A stretch of DNA of 64,000 nt from the human T2T-CHM13v2.0 reference genome, Homo sapiens: NCBI RefSeq assembly GCF_009914755.1, contig NC_060926.1, one strand, 5' to 3'. The notes below the pieces were generated by a model. The model was not told where the DNA came from, did no database searches, and saw nothing but the letters and a program-made list of their open reading frames with translations. A program made the position numbers and the translations under genes. Shown here piece after piece: positions 25,411 through 41,374 of this stretch. How positions within the stretch are numbered: position 1 is the first letter of the stretch; every line of letters begins with the position of its first letter.

Positions 25411-26110
25411 GATTGAGGGATTTGTTTTGAAAAAAAAGGGAACATATGTTTATTTACTTTTTGTTGTTGCATTAATCACTTTGCACCTTTTAGTCCATTT
25501 GCACAGATAGTGCAGAAGACCTGTTTCTGGTGATCGCAAATAAAATCAGTAAGAGCAGCCTCTGCATATCTTTCTTCAACTTAGTCTCTTCCTTTAGTGT
25601 AAACTTGTGCTAATGGGCCAGGCTGGTCTTTGTTCCTCGGGGGACAATCTTTGCTAGCTCCTCTGCCCACAGCTGGACTGTCATTACAAAGCACCTGGTT
25701 ACAGTCTAGAGACAATTATCCTGAGGATCAAATCAGGCTTCTGTGTACTTGGATCTGAACAGCCTGTCTCTCTCCTTTAACCCAGAGAGCCTGAGGCATA
25801 CATGCTCTCCCTGTTCTCTGGCCTCAAGGATCTGAGGGGGTTTGACCTGGCCCTCACAGTCAGGACAGTGTTCTAGGGAGGAGCACAGCTAAGAGAGCTT
25901 GTTTTCTGAGACCGTAGGCAGGGCGACCAGGGGTGGGATGACCGAAAAGGATAACCTGAAAAAAGGGGGTTACCAAGGAACCTCTGTCTATAAAACCGCT
26001 GAGGGGTGGAAACTCTGCCTCCCTTCTCTAGGGAAGGACATCAGGAAGTTAGCAGCTTACATAGCCCTTGGTCTGTCCCCGTAGATCCTTGCAGAGTGCT
26101 ACTTCTTCTT

Positions 26111-26218
26111 GGCCAAATTCCCTCCACTGAATCACAGAGCCCTGCAGCTTTTCATTTACCTGGAGGCCAAATTCCCTCCACTGAATCAAAGAGCCCTGCA
26201 GCTTTTCATTTACCTGGA
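26111..26218 (+). repeat. 54-bp tandem duplication (2 copies, 1 mismatch)
   Basis: ggccaaattccctccactgaatca(c/a)agagccctgcagcttttcatttacctgga twice. Confidence 0.95.
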
Positions 26219-27134
26219 CAAGGACCCCGCATGAACCCACTGAAGGAGCAGGAGGGGAGCAGTCAAGTAGAGTATCTACTTCGTAGGTTCCTTTCAAAGC
26301 TGCCAAGGAAGAGCTCCAGGGACTTTGTCTCTGAACTTTTTTGAAAGTAGAAGCCGCCACCTTCTCTCTTAGCCCATGAACAGGACAAAGCATACAGAGT
26401 CATTTCCTGAAGTTTCATACTAGCGAGAAACTACATGTGCTCAGCTACTAAAAGCAGGGTAGGGTGCCTCCTGTGGAGTGGGACCCTACTCCCCGGATGA
26501 GATCCATTTTACCACTTGAACGGAGTAACAATGGTAGGAGGAAGTAGCTTCAAGGGGAAAGGAAGCCAGGATACACTAAGGGGCATTGGGTTATTTGGAA
26601 CATGTAAGAGTGATATCTATGTCAATCAGTCAGTCTCCATCTACTGAACTTCTTCAAGCTTATAACCTCCTTTCATACCAAACAGAGCTTGTCTGAAATA
26701 CTGCAAGCATTTCTCTTGCAGTGTGAGTTTACACAAAGGAAATTAGATACAATAAGAAAGATGAATTAGAAAAAATGCTTTGCACCGTGGGAGCTTCTAT
26801 GGTTGAGTGGGGTTATGATAGGAAGCTTGTACCCAGACCTCAAGGAAAGCACCATGTGCCTTCACAGGGCTGCCCAATGGTCTTGGTGGATGAATGGCTG
26901 CACCAATGCCCATTCTTTTATTGATGTTTGTGATCTTTGCTGCAATTATTTTTATTTGTATGTGTTGTTACCATCTAATTGTGGTCTAGGAATCATTAAT
27001 TTTTCTCTGGTCTCACGTGTTGTTCAGGATTTGATCAGTTGGGAGCAACTAATTTTTATCTTGGTTTATAACAGATCTACTTAGTTGTAAAAATGTCTTT
27101 ATTTTTGCTTAATGAAATTTCTGTAGCCATGTTG

Positions 27135-28250
27135 GCAGTTATTCTGCCTGGGTTTAAGTACCAGCTGTATTGTGTGTTGGGTATTATGTTAGTTATTTGA
27201 CCTCTCTCTGCCTCAGTTTTCTCGCCTACAAAATGAGGATAAAAAGAAAGCCTATTGTATTGGGTTGCTTTGAGGATTGAATGAAATAAATATATTTAAT
27301 TTCTTAGAACAATATTCAAAACAGTAAGCAATAAATAAACAGTGGATATGATAATTCTTAAATTAACCCTTATAGGAATGTCTACAACAAAAAAGCAGGT
27401 AAACTAATGAACATTTCTGACACACTAACCTTTTTGCTTTCATTGAAATTATTGTTTTTATGATGTGATTTAAAAAAAATACAAGATTTTTACAAAATGC
27501 CAGAACAGAACTATTTATCATCTACCTGCTTGTATTTGTCTATATTATTGGTTCCATTGTTCTCCGAGGCATCTAACCTAGAAGAAAGTCTCCTTTGTCC
27601 TGGCTGCTCTCCCTTCTTTACCAGCATTCATTCAACCTCCAGGTCTTGGCAATACCCGTTTGTTCATTCAGGGCTGGTATCCTAGTCTCCTCTTGGTCTT
27701 CCTGCCTTCAGTGTTTCTTGGATCTGCCCATCTGTCAACGCTACTCCCCTGACAATCCATCCTAAACTTTCATTCATTCATTCATTTAAACAATCCATTT
27801 TTATAGAGTAACTGTGATGTGACAGATGCTATTGCAAGCACTGGAGATACGACAGTGAATAAGACAAAAAAAACTCCTTGCTTTCCTGGAGCTTATAACC
27901 AAAGGATGGAGAGAGATCCAGTCAGGCAAACACAAAAGGAAGGTAATTTCAGAAGCAAGAAATACTCTGAACAAAAGAAGTACACAGGTAAAATGTCGAG
28001 GGTGGCTGAGGGTGGGACCTATTCTAGGTGAGTAGTCAAGAGAAGGGTCTCCGAGGAGAGGCCTTTGAACTGGCTTCTGAATGACACAGGGGGAAAGAGC
28101 CTGCCTTGGGAAGACAGGGAGCAAGCATCCCAGACAAGGGGGATTGTAAGTGAAAAGGCCCAGAGGCAGGAACAAACCAGATGGGTTCTACAAACAGAGG
28201 AACAGAGAGAAGCCTCCATGTGGCCCGAGGGAAGTAAGCAAGGCTGCAGC
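27135..28250. mobile_element. MIR (~27135-27340, +), L2 (+, ~27500-27770) and a nested L2 (-, ~27770-28250)
   Basis: MIR core ctctgcctcagttttctcgcctacaaaatgagg; reversed L2 3' end ttcattcattcattt. Confidence 0.6.
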
Positions 28251-28296
28251 CAAATTAATCTTCTGTCTTGTACGTGTCTCCACTCTCCTGCTTAAA

Positions 28297-28555
28297 AACA
28301 AAAAACCAAACACCGCATATTCTCACTCATAGGTGGGAATTGAACAATGAGATCACATGGACACAGGAAGGGGAATATCACACTCTGGGGACTGTTGTGG
28401 GGTGGGGGGAGGGGGGAGGGATAGCATTGGGAGATATACCTAATGCTAGATGACGAGTTAGTGGGTGCAGTGCACCAGCATGGCACATGTATACATATGT
28501 AACTAACCTGCACAATGTGCACATGTACCCTAAAACTTAAAGTATAAAAAAAAAA
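28297..28555 (+). mobile_element. 5'-truncated young L1 (L1PA2-like) 3' end in the PROKR1 intron
   Basis: Near-consensus L1 3' UTR with gagatcacatggacacaggaaggggaatatc and GAG (not ACA/ACG) at the Ta-diagnostic site. Has a poly(A) tail and inserted at ctt/aaaa within L2. Confidence 0.9.
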
Positions 28556-28744
28556 GACCTCTAATAACTCCATTGTCTACAAAGTATGGCTCAAACTCTT
28601 TCACCTGTTCTTCCAAACTTTTATTATCTAGCCCCAGACTGCTTCCCAGTCTCATGGTTAAACATATTTATGTCCTGTTTTCCCAAAAATAGTTGCAATC
28701 TTTCTGAGAACTGTCCCCATGGCTTTTTATATATTAAAAATAAA

Positions 28745-28866
28745 TTTTTTTAGAGATGAGATCTTGCTATGCTGCCCAGGCTAGTCTTGAACTAGTCTCA
28801 AGTAATTATTGTGCCCCGACCTCCCAAAGTGTTGGGATTACAGGTGTGAGCCACTGTGTCCAGCCA
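28745..28866 (-). mobile_element. FLAM
   Basis: Single Alu arm. Confidence 0.75.
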
Positions 28867-29411
28867 GCTTTTTACATGTCTATTCACCCAGCGCTAGGCA
28901 CTCAATGAGGGTGAAGTTGCACCAAAATCCTGTTAGGTACTCAGAATTCACAGAGAGTAAAAGGTTATAAAAGAAGTAAGACATAATCACAGCTCTTGGG
29001 GGGCTGACCATCTAGAGTTGGGGGTAGGGTGGGACCAGGGAGAACTAACACTTACAAAACAGTTAAAGAATAAGTAAAGGATAAATTTTAAATAACATTT
29101 AGAGAAGGGTGAGATCATTTTGTGCCGGAGTAGTCAGAGGAGGCTTCATGGAGGAGGTGGATTTCTAACTGTCCTTCAACAAATGAAGATCAACAAAGGA
29201 GAGGAAAGTTTTCCCAAGAGAGTGGGTAGAACAGTGTGTGGAAAAGCCTAGAGGTGGGATTGCCTGAAGTGAATTTGAGGTACTTTAGAGAGGGATGTCA
29301 GGTATGGGTAAGAAACACAAGGACAGTAGAGATCAGAAAGAATAGAATCTATTCCAGAAGGTCTCAACAGCCAGGCAGAGGGAGTCAGACCTGAGGGCAG
29401 GAGGAAAATGA

Positions 29412-29727
<316 letters not shown>

Positions 29728-32700
29728 TCATGAGAGACCTCTGCCCCAGCCACAGGTATGGGTTTCCTTTTGATGTGGAGACACTAAGATCCCACAGCGT
29801 GTGGGGGCTCCAGAGAACTTCTCTTTTACCCAGAGTCCTGAGGAAACTGGCCAGAAAAGTACCTGTGAAGAAGCTCTCTTCTTCTGTCTTGATGAAGCTA
29901 AGGCCTGAGTAATCTCACCCAACCTTAGGAAGCACAGAAACCTCCTGGTGAGCTCATTAGTCAGGGCCACTGGCCTGAGGATCAGGTTGTGTTATCTCTG
30001 CCCATCCCATGACTAGCCTAGTAGCTGCTGAGACCACTGTTACCATGATTTGATCTGGGGCTTGGTCCTGGGAACGGAGACAGAGCCCAAATACTTCTTT
30101 TCCAGCCCATTATTATCACAGTTATTGCCTGGACCATCTCTTTGTCTAGCAGCCTTTATTCCTTGTTCTCTGGGAACTGTTAGCTCTACATGAATCTGGA
30201 CCTAAGCCACTGTAGTGGCAGACACACAGGGCAAGCCAAGGGCATACATATAAGCAGAGAAAAGCAGCCGCCAGATGTCAGACCCCTTCTTAGAACACCA
30301 ATAGTTAGAAACCAACTGTGATGGAGAGGAAAGAGGAGAAGGGCTGCTGGGATGCCAGGAAGGCAAGAGGAGGGGGCATCATTTTGCTCTTGGATGAAAG
30401 AAGAGGGGGTAAATAGCATTCAGAGAGGCCACTGGCTTTGCAGCAAGATGTGGGTCTGAGTCATTGTTCTGTTGATATCTAGTTGTATGGCTTTTTGGCA
30501 GGTTATTTAACTTCCCCAAGCCTCAGTTTTCTCATCTATAGAGTGGACATTGTCACTGTCTTACCTATTTAGTAGGGTTGGAATTATCTAGTGAAAAAGT
30601 GGATTTGAAAATGCTCTGTAAATTGTAAACTTCTTTACAAACATAAGCAAACACAACATTACTAATGCTAGAGTTCTGGAGTTCTGGTCCTAGCATTGAC
30701 AAAGCTGATGGAAATTCTTGAAATCATTTTCTGCAATTTACCTATTTGTAAATATATCAGGAAGGCCTCTTGCACAGCTCATGGCACTAATTCTGCGGAT
30801 GGAGTTGGGGTGATGTCAGAGAGACCCAGAATGAAATGACTATCTGATAGGTAGTCACAGATTACCCTGAAGATTAGTTTTGATGTGTAGAGTTTATCCT
30901 ATAAAATAGAAAGGAGGAGAGGACTTGCAAATTGAGTGTTTGCCAATAACAGGTAAAAGAAAATTGCTGTGTATACAGAATAGCTCTGGGAAAAAATACA
31001 TTTTAAAATGCTAGTAATTCCTTGTATATTAATAGCTTACTGTTGCTATGTGCAGTGTCTCACTGGCGCCTCATAGCATCTAGGTGATATTCCCATTTTA
31101 CAGATGAGGGAAGTGAACCTACAGGGATAAGAAAAATGACTCAGATTCATAGAGCAACTTTCTGGCAAAGCTGGGATTAGATTTGTGGTCTTCTGAGTCT
31201 TAGGTGGTTGTTCCTTCCCACATTTATTGAAAACACACTCTGTGTTTGAAGCATCATAAAGGCTTAGGTAGCTACTATCGGGAAAAGGAATAGAATTATG
31301 TGGTGAAAATTCTTATAGTGAATAAATATGAAATAGGAAATTTCTTTCTCAGAGTAATCAGTGGAATGTGGTGGGGTAGACAGACAGCAATGGAGCCAGT
31401 GAGAGCAGAATGTCTTAACTCTCCATTTTCATTGTGAGTCAGGGCGAGTTTGAGGCTCTGGTTACATCAGGAGCACCGCGATCTTAATGAAGGGCCCACA
31501 CTCGTGCATTGACAATGGCATTGCCAACACCCTGCAGACATTTCCCTTTTTTCCCTCTGGCACTCGGGAGATTGGCTAGAGTGCCAGGGATGGCAGTCGG
31601 CCGGGCGTCCAGAGTGGGCGCAACCCATCCTACTTTATTTAACATCTGGGGCTAGAAGAGCTGGAGCCTCACTCCTGTGAACTCTCTAAAGGATGCTCAA
31701 TAGGCTTGACTGCCCAGGCTGTGGGGGAGGGACAGAAAGAGCAGAAATACAGTCAGGAAAAAAAAAAATAAGTAAGAATGAACCTTTCTTCAAATCAAAA
31801 TTCCAAGGAAGATAACTTCATAGGGATTGGTTTCAAAGGAAACAACCGGTTTGGCTTTCCTTCAGGCCCCCTTCACGTTTGCTCTGGGCTCTACCTGGAA
31901 TAAGTTCTGGACACGTGAGACTGTGTTTGTTTCCACTGTTGACCAGTCAATCCCCTCCCACTTCACTCCCCATCTCTCTCCTTCCCCAACTTCCACCCTC
32001 TGCCAGCCACAGGACGTCTTCCAGGAAACCGGAGCTCTCTGCATAAGCTGTGTGCGTTCTCTCTCGGAAAGAGGCTATCAGCTCTCATGCCGCACAATGA
32101 CTCATTTCCCCCCTAGAAAGTGCTCTCTCTTTGTGTTCCTGGACCACTGTGGTAACAGCAATGTGGGTTTTTTTTTGAAAGGACAAAAGCAGTATCTTTT
32201 TACTGTCTGGTGCTTTGCGGTTAGAAAAAAAAATACATTCACGTATATTCTCAATTGATTTTCACATCAATCCTGTGAGGTAGGGTTAAATGTTTTCTAT
32301 CAAGGAAGGGTCCTGTGGTCTGTGACCTTGAGAAAGTCACTCATCTCTCACTGCCTTCCATTTTTCCACCTGAAAATGACACACATGGCCACATGCTTTT
32401 CCTCCTCCTTTGCATGCAAAGCAACAATTTTTAGAATGTAGAATGAAGAAAAACCTTTGCCCACTGTTTCCATTGGAAAGGGCAGATTCTCCCAACTCTT
32501 TGAATTATCTTGCCCTTTTAGCTCTAAACTGAGAGGTAATTAGAATGAACAGCCCAAGAACAGGAAGGAGCTGGGAACAGTGCCAGGCTAGAAACCGATG
32601 GGAGGAATTATTATATTTAATACTAATTGTTATCATTTTGAGTACCTATTAGGCTTAAAACTGTGCCAGGCATAGTGCATACATTATCACATTTAATATT

Positions 32701-32898
32701 TAACAGCCAACAATACTTGTGCAGATAAGGAAACTAAGGGTCAGAGCATCAACAAAACTTGGCTGAGGTTGCATAGCTAATTAGAGATGACATTGGGGTT
32801 TGCTTCAAGTTGACCTTTTGCAGAAGCCCACGTACCATTGGGAGTTTCCTCCACACATACCATTTTGTTGCTCCTTAGAATGCTGCAAAATGAAATAG

Positions 32899-33909
<1,011 letters not shown>

Positions 33910-36550
33910 CCCCCTGGACTTTGCAAAGTTTAAACACAAAGCAGGGTCCTGTGGACACTGACTAGTGTGCTTGGATGCACATCAACCTGGAACTTTTTGT
34001 TTGCTGCAGAGGGTAAAGTAAATGGACCACTCTGTGAGCAATGTTTTCAAGGAGCTCAGAGTTTCTAAAATGCATGTGACCAGACACTATCAACAGTGGC
34101 ATTTGCTGAATGTCTAATTTACACGCCAGTAGGTACTGGTAAAACCTATATATGTTGATGACATTTAGTTGGCAAAATGAAATTGGAATTAAACCAAGGA
34201 AAATGTGGTGGTGTAGATAGAAATAAGGGAGTTTCCACAAAAGAACTGGAGTAGGTATCTAGGATTGCAGTACATGTGTTCGTAGTGTGAGAGTATCTCT
34301 GGGACTATTCTTGCACTGGACTTCATGCCTAACATTTGCAAGGCTGGAGCAAGAATACGAAAGGGACTCTAGGCTCCTTCTGTAGCCCTTATCCTCTCAT
34401 CTTTCATGGCGAGGGGCCTTGCATGCATGTGCACGGACATCCCAGTATTCATGGCCAAGTTCTGTGCAAACTCTTCCTCCCACACTGCTCTATGGCCACC
34501 CTCAGGCCCAGGGCTCTGCACATAGGTGGTAAGGCTCTTCATCAGAAGGACTGGCTTGGCGAAGAAGACACATAGACCCTGGATGCCATTTGGACAGGGA
34601 ATTATGGGGTTCTGGGTACCTGGAGTAAGTCCAGAGGGGGAAGCCTGGATTCAGGGTAAGCATGTCCCCTGGCTCCATGGACTTTTTGCCTTCAGTGAGA
34701 AGGGAGATGCAAGTGGAGGAGACTCAGAACGGGAAGGCAAAACTGGAAGCATGCAGGGCTCAATGCAGCTCAGGTGTGGCAGGGGCTCAGGCTCTCCAGG
34801 TATACAGATGATACCGTTCCCACCTGTTATTTCATTTGGACCAATTAGGCTTCCCCTTAAGTCCTTCCCTTCCCTCTCACGCCTCCATGCTTGTGAAGCA
34901 TAGAATCTTTGAAAATGGACACAATACCTCCTGGATGTGGCCTTCATTCATTTTTCTGTTTTCACCAGCTCTCAAATGTGAGTGATGAAGAGTTCCCTCC
35001 TAACCAGACAGCATGGTAAGGTATCCTCATCGATATGATTTGAGGGCAAGATATCCTTATTACTGGCACCTGAATCCCATCCTAGTCTTTGTTCCTTTGG
35101 ATTAAGACTTGCTTTGCTTCTAAAATAGGGGTCCTCTTAGGAGGGATAAGCCACACGTTTCTAGTCCTCAGCGTGAATGAAGTCATGTGATCCAGTGGCA
35201 GGGGATGCAGGTCAGATGCATCTTCCAGAAGTCTGGGCACCCAGGAAAGAAGGGGACACACAGATAGGTAGTGTCAGACCAAACAATGAGCTTCAGTGAC
35301 CCCATAGGTTGTTGAAGACTCATCCCACTTTCTAACCTGCCTCCTTTGTTTGATGTTTTGAGTTTTGGAGTTTGGTATTTTGGAGTTGGAAGATCTGAGA
35401 GCCAGACTTGACTCTGTCAACTGTGTAGCCCTGGGCAAAGCCTCTCCGAGGGGACAAAGGTAACACCTTTGTCCTTCTGTGGTACCTTCTGTGATACCTG
35501 TGATACCTTCTGACTGAGTGGCTATGAGAAGCCAATGAGACAATACGTGGGAGATGCCTTCAACCACACAAGTTATCAAAAGGATGGGCTAGGAACTACG
35601 TGTAGTGCGCCTGGACAAGAAAAACCTCTTACTTTGGCTTGTGTATCCAGAAACCTGGCCGTCTCCACTTTTATTTTTCTTTGTGTAAATTATTCCTTTG
35701 TGCTTCATAACAGTGCTGTATGCATTATGTGCCTAATGACATGGTTGTGCAAACAAGGTCATGAGATTTGCTGGTAGACGCATAAAGGAAAGGGTGGCTG
35801 AGTCTCCGGTTAGAAGATGAGTTTAGGGGTTTGGATACTCCAGAATCGGAGTATCTTTGTGATACTAGAAGTGCTGATCATCTTCCCATGACTGTTCCCA
35901 GCCAGCATGAATCTGGGCAATGGAATAGTTGTTTCTCAGTCTGTTTTTATTCTCACGAGTGTGTAGGCTACAGCGTGGACTTGTCTTTTTCTTATTTAAC
36001 TCTAGAGCAGCGCACTTACAAGGTTATTTAAGTGGCACCTGTATGACATGTTCCCCTCCAAATATAGTCAACTCCTTATTTTGGGCAGCAAAGTTTATTT
36101 TGTATAGTTACTTTATTTCCCTGAAAGACACATTACAAAAACCTATTTATTTCTTCCCATTTATCACCCAGTAGACTTACCCTACAATTTAATCAGAATG
36201 CTCTTGGAGAGTAAAATTAATTAAAATATTAGCCTAAATCAAAAATGCATTGGAGGGCCATTTTTATTTTTTATATAAGATCATATATTGCATTCTAAAA
36301 TCTGGAAGGTTAGCTTTTGTATTAAAAAGTTAAAAATGATACAATTTATTGTCATTATGTTCACCGCTTTCATTAAGAATGCTAAACAAGAGTTGATTGT
36401 ATTAAACAGGAGCTTTTTATATGCGGCAACCAAAGCCCACTCTGCTTTTCAGCCTAAAATGTATCAATTTTTCACTCAACTATCTGTGTTACTTCCAAAT
36501 ATTAGTGTCTGCTTGTAATTTTGTAGTGAATGAGGGTGTTGTGTTGTTAT
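33910..36550 (+). other. PROKR1: Probable PROKR1 3' UTR (end uncertain)
   Basis: Follows the stop codon and is largely non-repetitive. An AT-rich block at ~36180-36560 has ATTAAA variants at 36321 and 36401 followed by GT-rich sequence. The 3' end is inferred. Confidence 0.4.
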
Positions 36551-37941
36551 CAAGTGAAATGAAAATACTTGGATATACAGAAAATCATGGAGCGTCATGT
36601 CCTGTGAATTCCACCTCCTTTCCTATCCTTTTCCTAGTTGTAGTGACACGGTTCTTTGAGCGAACACTAAGTAGTTTCCATGATCGTATGATTTGTGAGA
36701 TCAGTGCTAACTCATGCTACAAACTTCCCCTCTCCATCCTAAAGAGATTTAACTGATTTATAGATCCGCTTCCTAGAAGTCTGCTCTGGTAAAGCCATTA
36801 ATACTTTTTAGCATCTGAGTGCCAAGACTTGAAATTTGAGGACCTGTTTATGTCTATTACATAAGCTAAGGCTAAACCTGAACAGGCTTAATATCCACAC
36901 GTGCAAAGTGAGCAAGAGACAAACCTATGATATACCGTGCCATGTTCAGATTCATCTAACTAGCTGCCCAGCTGATGGCTTCTCCAAAAACTTGTGGTAA
37001 GCCTCACAATATGACACTTGTGCTATGTGTATCTATTCTGTTCTCTAAATACTTTCAGTATGCAAACAGATAAGTATGTTGTCTTATACGGAAGGATAAA
37101 GATGTGATTTTGTAAAATCAAACTGTTTCCATAACTAAAGTATAAGGGCAGATTTACAGTAAAGCTTTTGGAGATTTTGTCTACTGAGTACAATTTAAAA
37201 AATAATTGGAATGACACTAAACAAGGCAATGTGGTGATCACTCCAGCAATACCTGAAGCATGAAACAAGTTCCAGGCTCCTTATGAAAAAGAATGCCAAA
37301 GAATTTGCAAGATGATCAGAAAATTATACATATGAGTCCTATTCTTGAAAAATATATGATATATTTTGGAATATATCCACAAACAATGAGTCCAATTCTC
37401 TTTCCTACAGTCAAAGTGAGAATATCAAATTCAAACCACTCATTTCACAGCTGATGAAACTGAAGTCCAGAATGGGGAAGATATTTGTTCATGGTCACAC
37501 AGCTGGTCACTATGAGAGCCAGGGTTAGACCCCAAGGCTCCTGAAGCTGAGTCCAGGGCTCTTCTACCACAGTGTTCCTGGATGCAGGGAGCATCAGAGT
37601 CTTACAAAGGGCAGGATCCTTTTCAAGAATCCTTGAGGTGACTGTTCAACCCCTGTCTGGCCCTCTCTGGAGACCCCTTACTTAAGAAGTTTAGCAGAGA
37701 CATTCCTAGTTCTTTTGCATGCCAAGTTTAGCTCATTCTACCCCCTGGGAACTCACAGCACAGGCATGGAGGCCAGGAGATTTTAAGGAAGAACTGCTAA
37801 AAAATGTTTACAGATACCCTTTCTTTACCTTGCCTAGTTGGGTGTTCCTAGGAATCTAAAAGGAATGACACTAGGCCCCTGTTCATGAGAACAGCTGCCC
37901 TCCCCAGGAAATCAGAGGAGAGAAATAAAGAAGCCACACTT

Positions 37942-38297
<356 letters not shown>

Positions 38298-38416
38298 TCA
38301 CATCAAGGGCCACCTCCTGCCCCTGCTGTTGAGGACAAGAGAGGCTGGGAGGCTTTTGGGAGGAGGTGAGACTTGAGCTGGACAGAAGAAAAAGGTGCAG
38401 AGAAGCAAAAGGATGA

Positions 38417-38742
<326 letters not shown>

Positions 38743-39509
38743 TGAAATACTTCTTTTATCTGCTTTTGGAGGCTGAAATTGCTCTTCCCTGGAGGGGAGG
38801 ACCTCTCACACAATGATGGGATTGCTATTCCTGGAAGAGGTAGCTCAGAAACTAGAAAACACACAGAGACATAAGAAGGCAATACCAGAGCCTTATCTGA
38901 GAGTGGGTTTTGATGGGAGTGAGGCGGGGTCGGGGGGTGGGCCAAGGACAGAGAGAAACTGGCTGTATGAAACAGGTCTGTGTGATGGGGTGAGGGAGGC
39001 ATTTCATAATTAGGAAAAAAAAGAATATGAAGGGAAAGGTTATTGGAAACAAATTTGGCTGACTTTAATACTAACAGCAAGGAGAATCTGCCATGTATTG
39101 GGCTGAGCTGAGCATGTTACAGGAATTGTCTCAGTCAGTCCTCGTACCATCCTCTGAGTCAGGGGCAAGTATCACTCCCACCTACAGATGAGGAAACAGC
39201 CTTAAGTCACAGAAGCTGCTCAAGGTCACACAAGCAGTGAATGGTGCGCTGAAATTTGAAGCCCAGTAGTTCAACTCCGGAGCTCAGGCTTTTAATTACT
39301 CTGTGCTGCAGCCTTTACATGAAGTGTTTAGCCCTTCCTTAGGCTTTCTAGTAAACCAAATAAACACCTCTCTCCTTAAATCCAATCATTAAGTGATAAA
39401 TCATCATCTAGATTAACCAGATTTTCTCAAAAACTGAGAATAACACCACTCCCATCTTTATTTTTCCTTCTCTGAGAAGTTTCATTTACCCGTAACAACT
39501 GACCCTAAT

Positions 39510-39997
39510 GCAAAAGTCCTTAACTTTTGAGTGTCTTGGGAGCTTCTGGCATCCAGTGAAGTTCACAGCTTCTTCTCAAAATAATGCTTTCAAATTTATT
39601 CAATAAAATACGTAAGAATATGGAAGAAATCAATTCTATTAAAATGCAATTCTCAAATTAGTTTAAGTTTGTGGTATAATTATATAAATATTTATATTTC
39701 ATTTCTTTATATTAAATCTTTAATGTCTTACATAATAAGATTTAGCATCAGGGCTAAAAACTACCATGATTTTGAAGTAGCAATGAATGTAAACGATATT
39801 TTGAGACCTCTCTCCAAACTCTAATGAGATGTAAAATATCTCTTGGCGACAGTCTCAGGGACTGCTAATACCAGTGTGGTTGTTGCCTGCTTCATAATGG
39901 CAGGAAACGTAAAGTTCAGTTACAGGTTAGTGAGAATAACAAACATTTTTTTTCCCATCCAAGTTCACAGTCCCCTGAACTGGTTTTGAACACCTGC
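39510..39997. mobile_element. hAT-Charlie non-autonomous element (MER119-like)
   Basis: ccttaactttt...cttctcaaaataatgc...ttcccatccaagttcacagtcccctgaa. Confidence 0.55.
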
Positions 39998-41374
39998 CCG
40001 GGGGGAGGCCAAAACACTGGAGTGAGCATTGGGAGAAATGGAGATGGCAGGAAGGAGCAGGCCCACAAATTTAAATGGAATTAAATCAATAGATCTTTAC
40101 TGGACACTTTTCTTGTAAAGATGCCTGAGCGGGCATTGTGGTTCACTGACTTTCTATCTCTCTGCCTTCTCAACGGCCCCAGTTCTGATCTGCATGACGC
40201 GGATTCATCCAAGAAGCCAGGGAGGGTTTCTCCTGATAAACTGGAGTTCCAGGACTCTTTCACACAAGTATTTAACAGACATTTCTTGTCCTAGGCTCAG
40301 ATGTTACAAAGGTGAATGACACGATTCCAGCTTATGTCCCTGAATGATTGCTCTTAAGAACAGAGGGTATTTTGGTTGCAGGGAAGCACAAAGAAACATC
40401 CTGTAAAAGCAGCATTGCAGATTTACTTACCAAAACTATTGCTTTACCCTCTTACTTATTGCTTTTTGTTCTCACATGAATTATTTTGCTTCCGCTGGCC
40501 TCATTTGGATTTTGCTGGCCTTTTCACATGTTCTTGAGTAGAGTGATAGACTTATTTTATTTTTATTTTTTCTCGTAGCTTAAGCAATTAAGGGAGTGAG
40601 TTTTCCTTTGAGCAGAGTTTTACGTTTGGACATGTAGAGTCTCTTTAGCTCTGACATGGCCCTTTTTATTCCATTATATTTGATATATGTATTGATTAGT
40701 TCATACTTTCCATATTCTCTTTATGTATTTAAGAGTTGAAACATTGTCATTTCTTTATTTTATTATTTCCTTTTGTTTTCCATGATTTTTTTTTCTTCCA
40801 GGGTAGACTGCTCATTTTTCTTTCTGTTCCTTTGTGTCTCTCTCTCTCTCATTGTTTGATTTCTTTTCGTTTGTCATAATTCTGCATAGCTTTCCTGTTG
40901 TGATTATTTTTATTTTATTCATCTTGGACAGACCCAGCTCTGTTCCCCAGTGTGTTGACCAAATCAGGGTGACTGAATTTCCCTTATTCTACTTCCTCTT
41001 TATCTGGTTGCTTCCTCTGTTTATAGCTTCAATTAGAGAGTTGGTGCTCCACATTTCATATTGCTGGGGATGGAAGTGAGAGAACTCTTTGTAGCCATGA
41101 TTGGTGGGCTGTGTCTTCGTTGTGTTATTTTTTTAAAAGTTCTATTCTGGAATTCAGTTTTGCTGGCACTGCATATCCCATCCTTGGGGGTGATGCCCAG
41201 GGTTTTGGATTATTTTTTCAACTCAGAACTACTGAGCCTTCCATTCCATCAGTGATGATCTGCTCTAGATGAGTTATTCTTAGTTTTATCTACTTTTTTT
41301 TCCCCGGTCTACATCTCTTTCTACTCTCCCACTCATTTGGTGAGAAAATTTGAAGGCTTCTGGGTAGAGTATTT

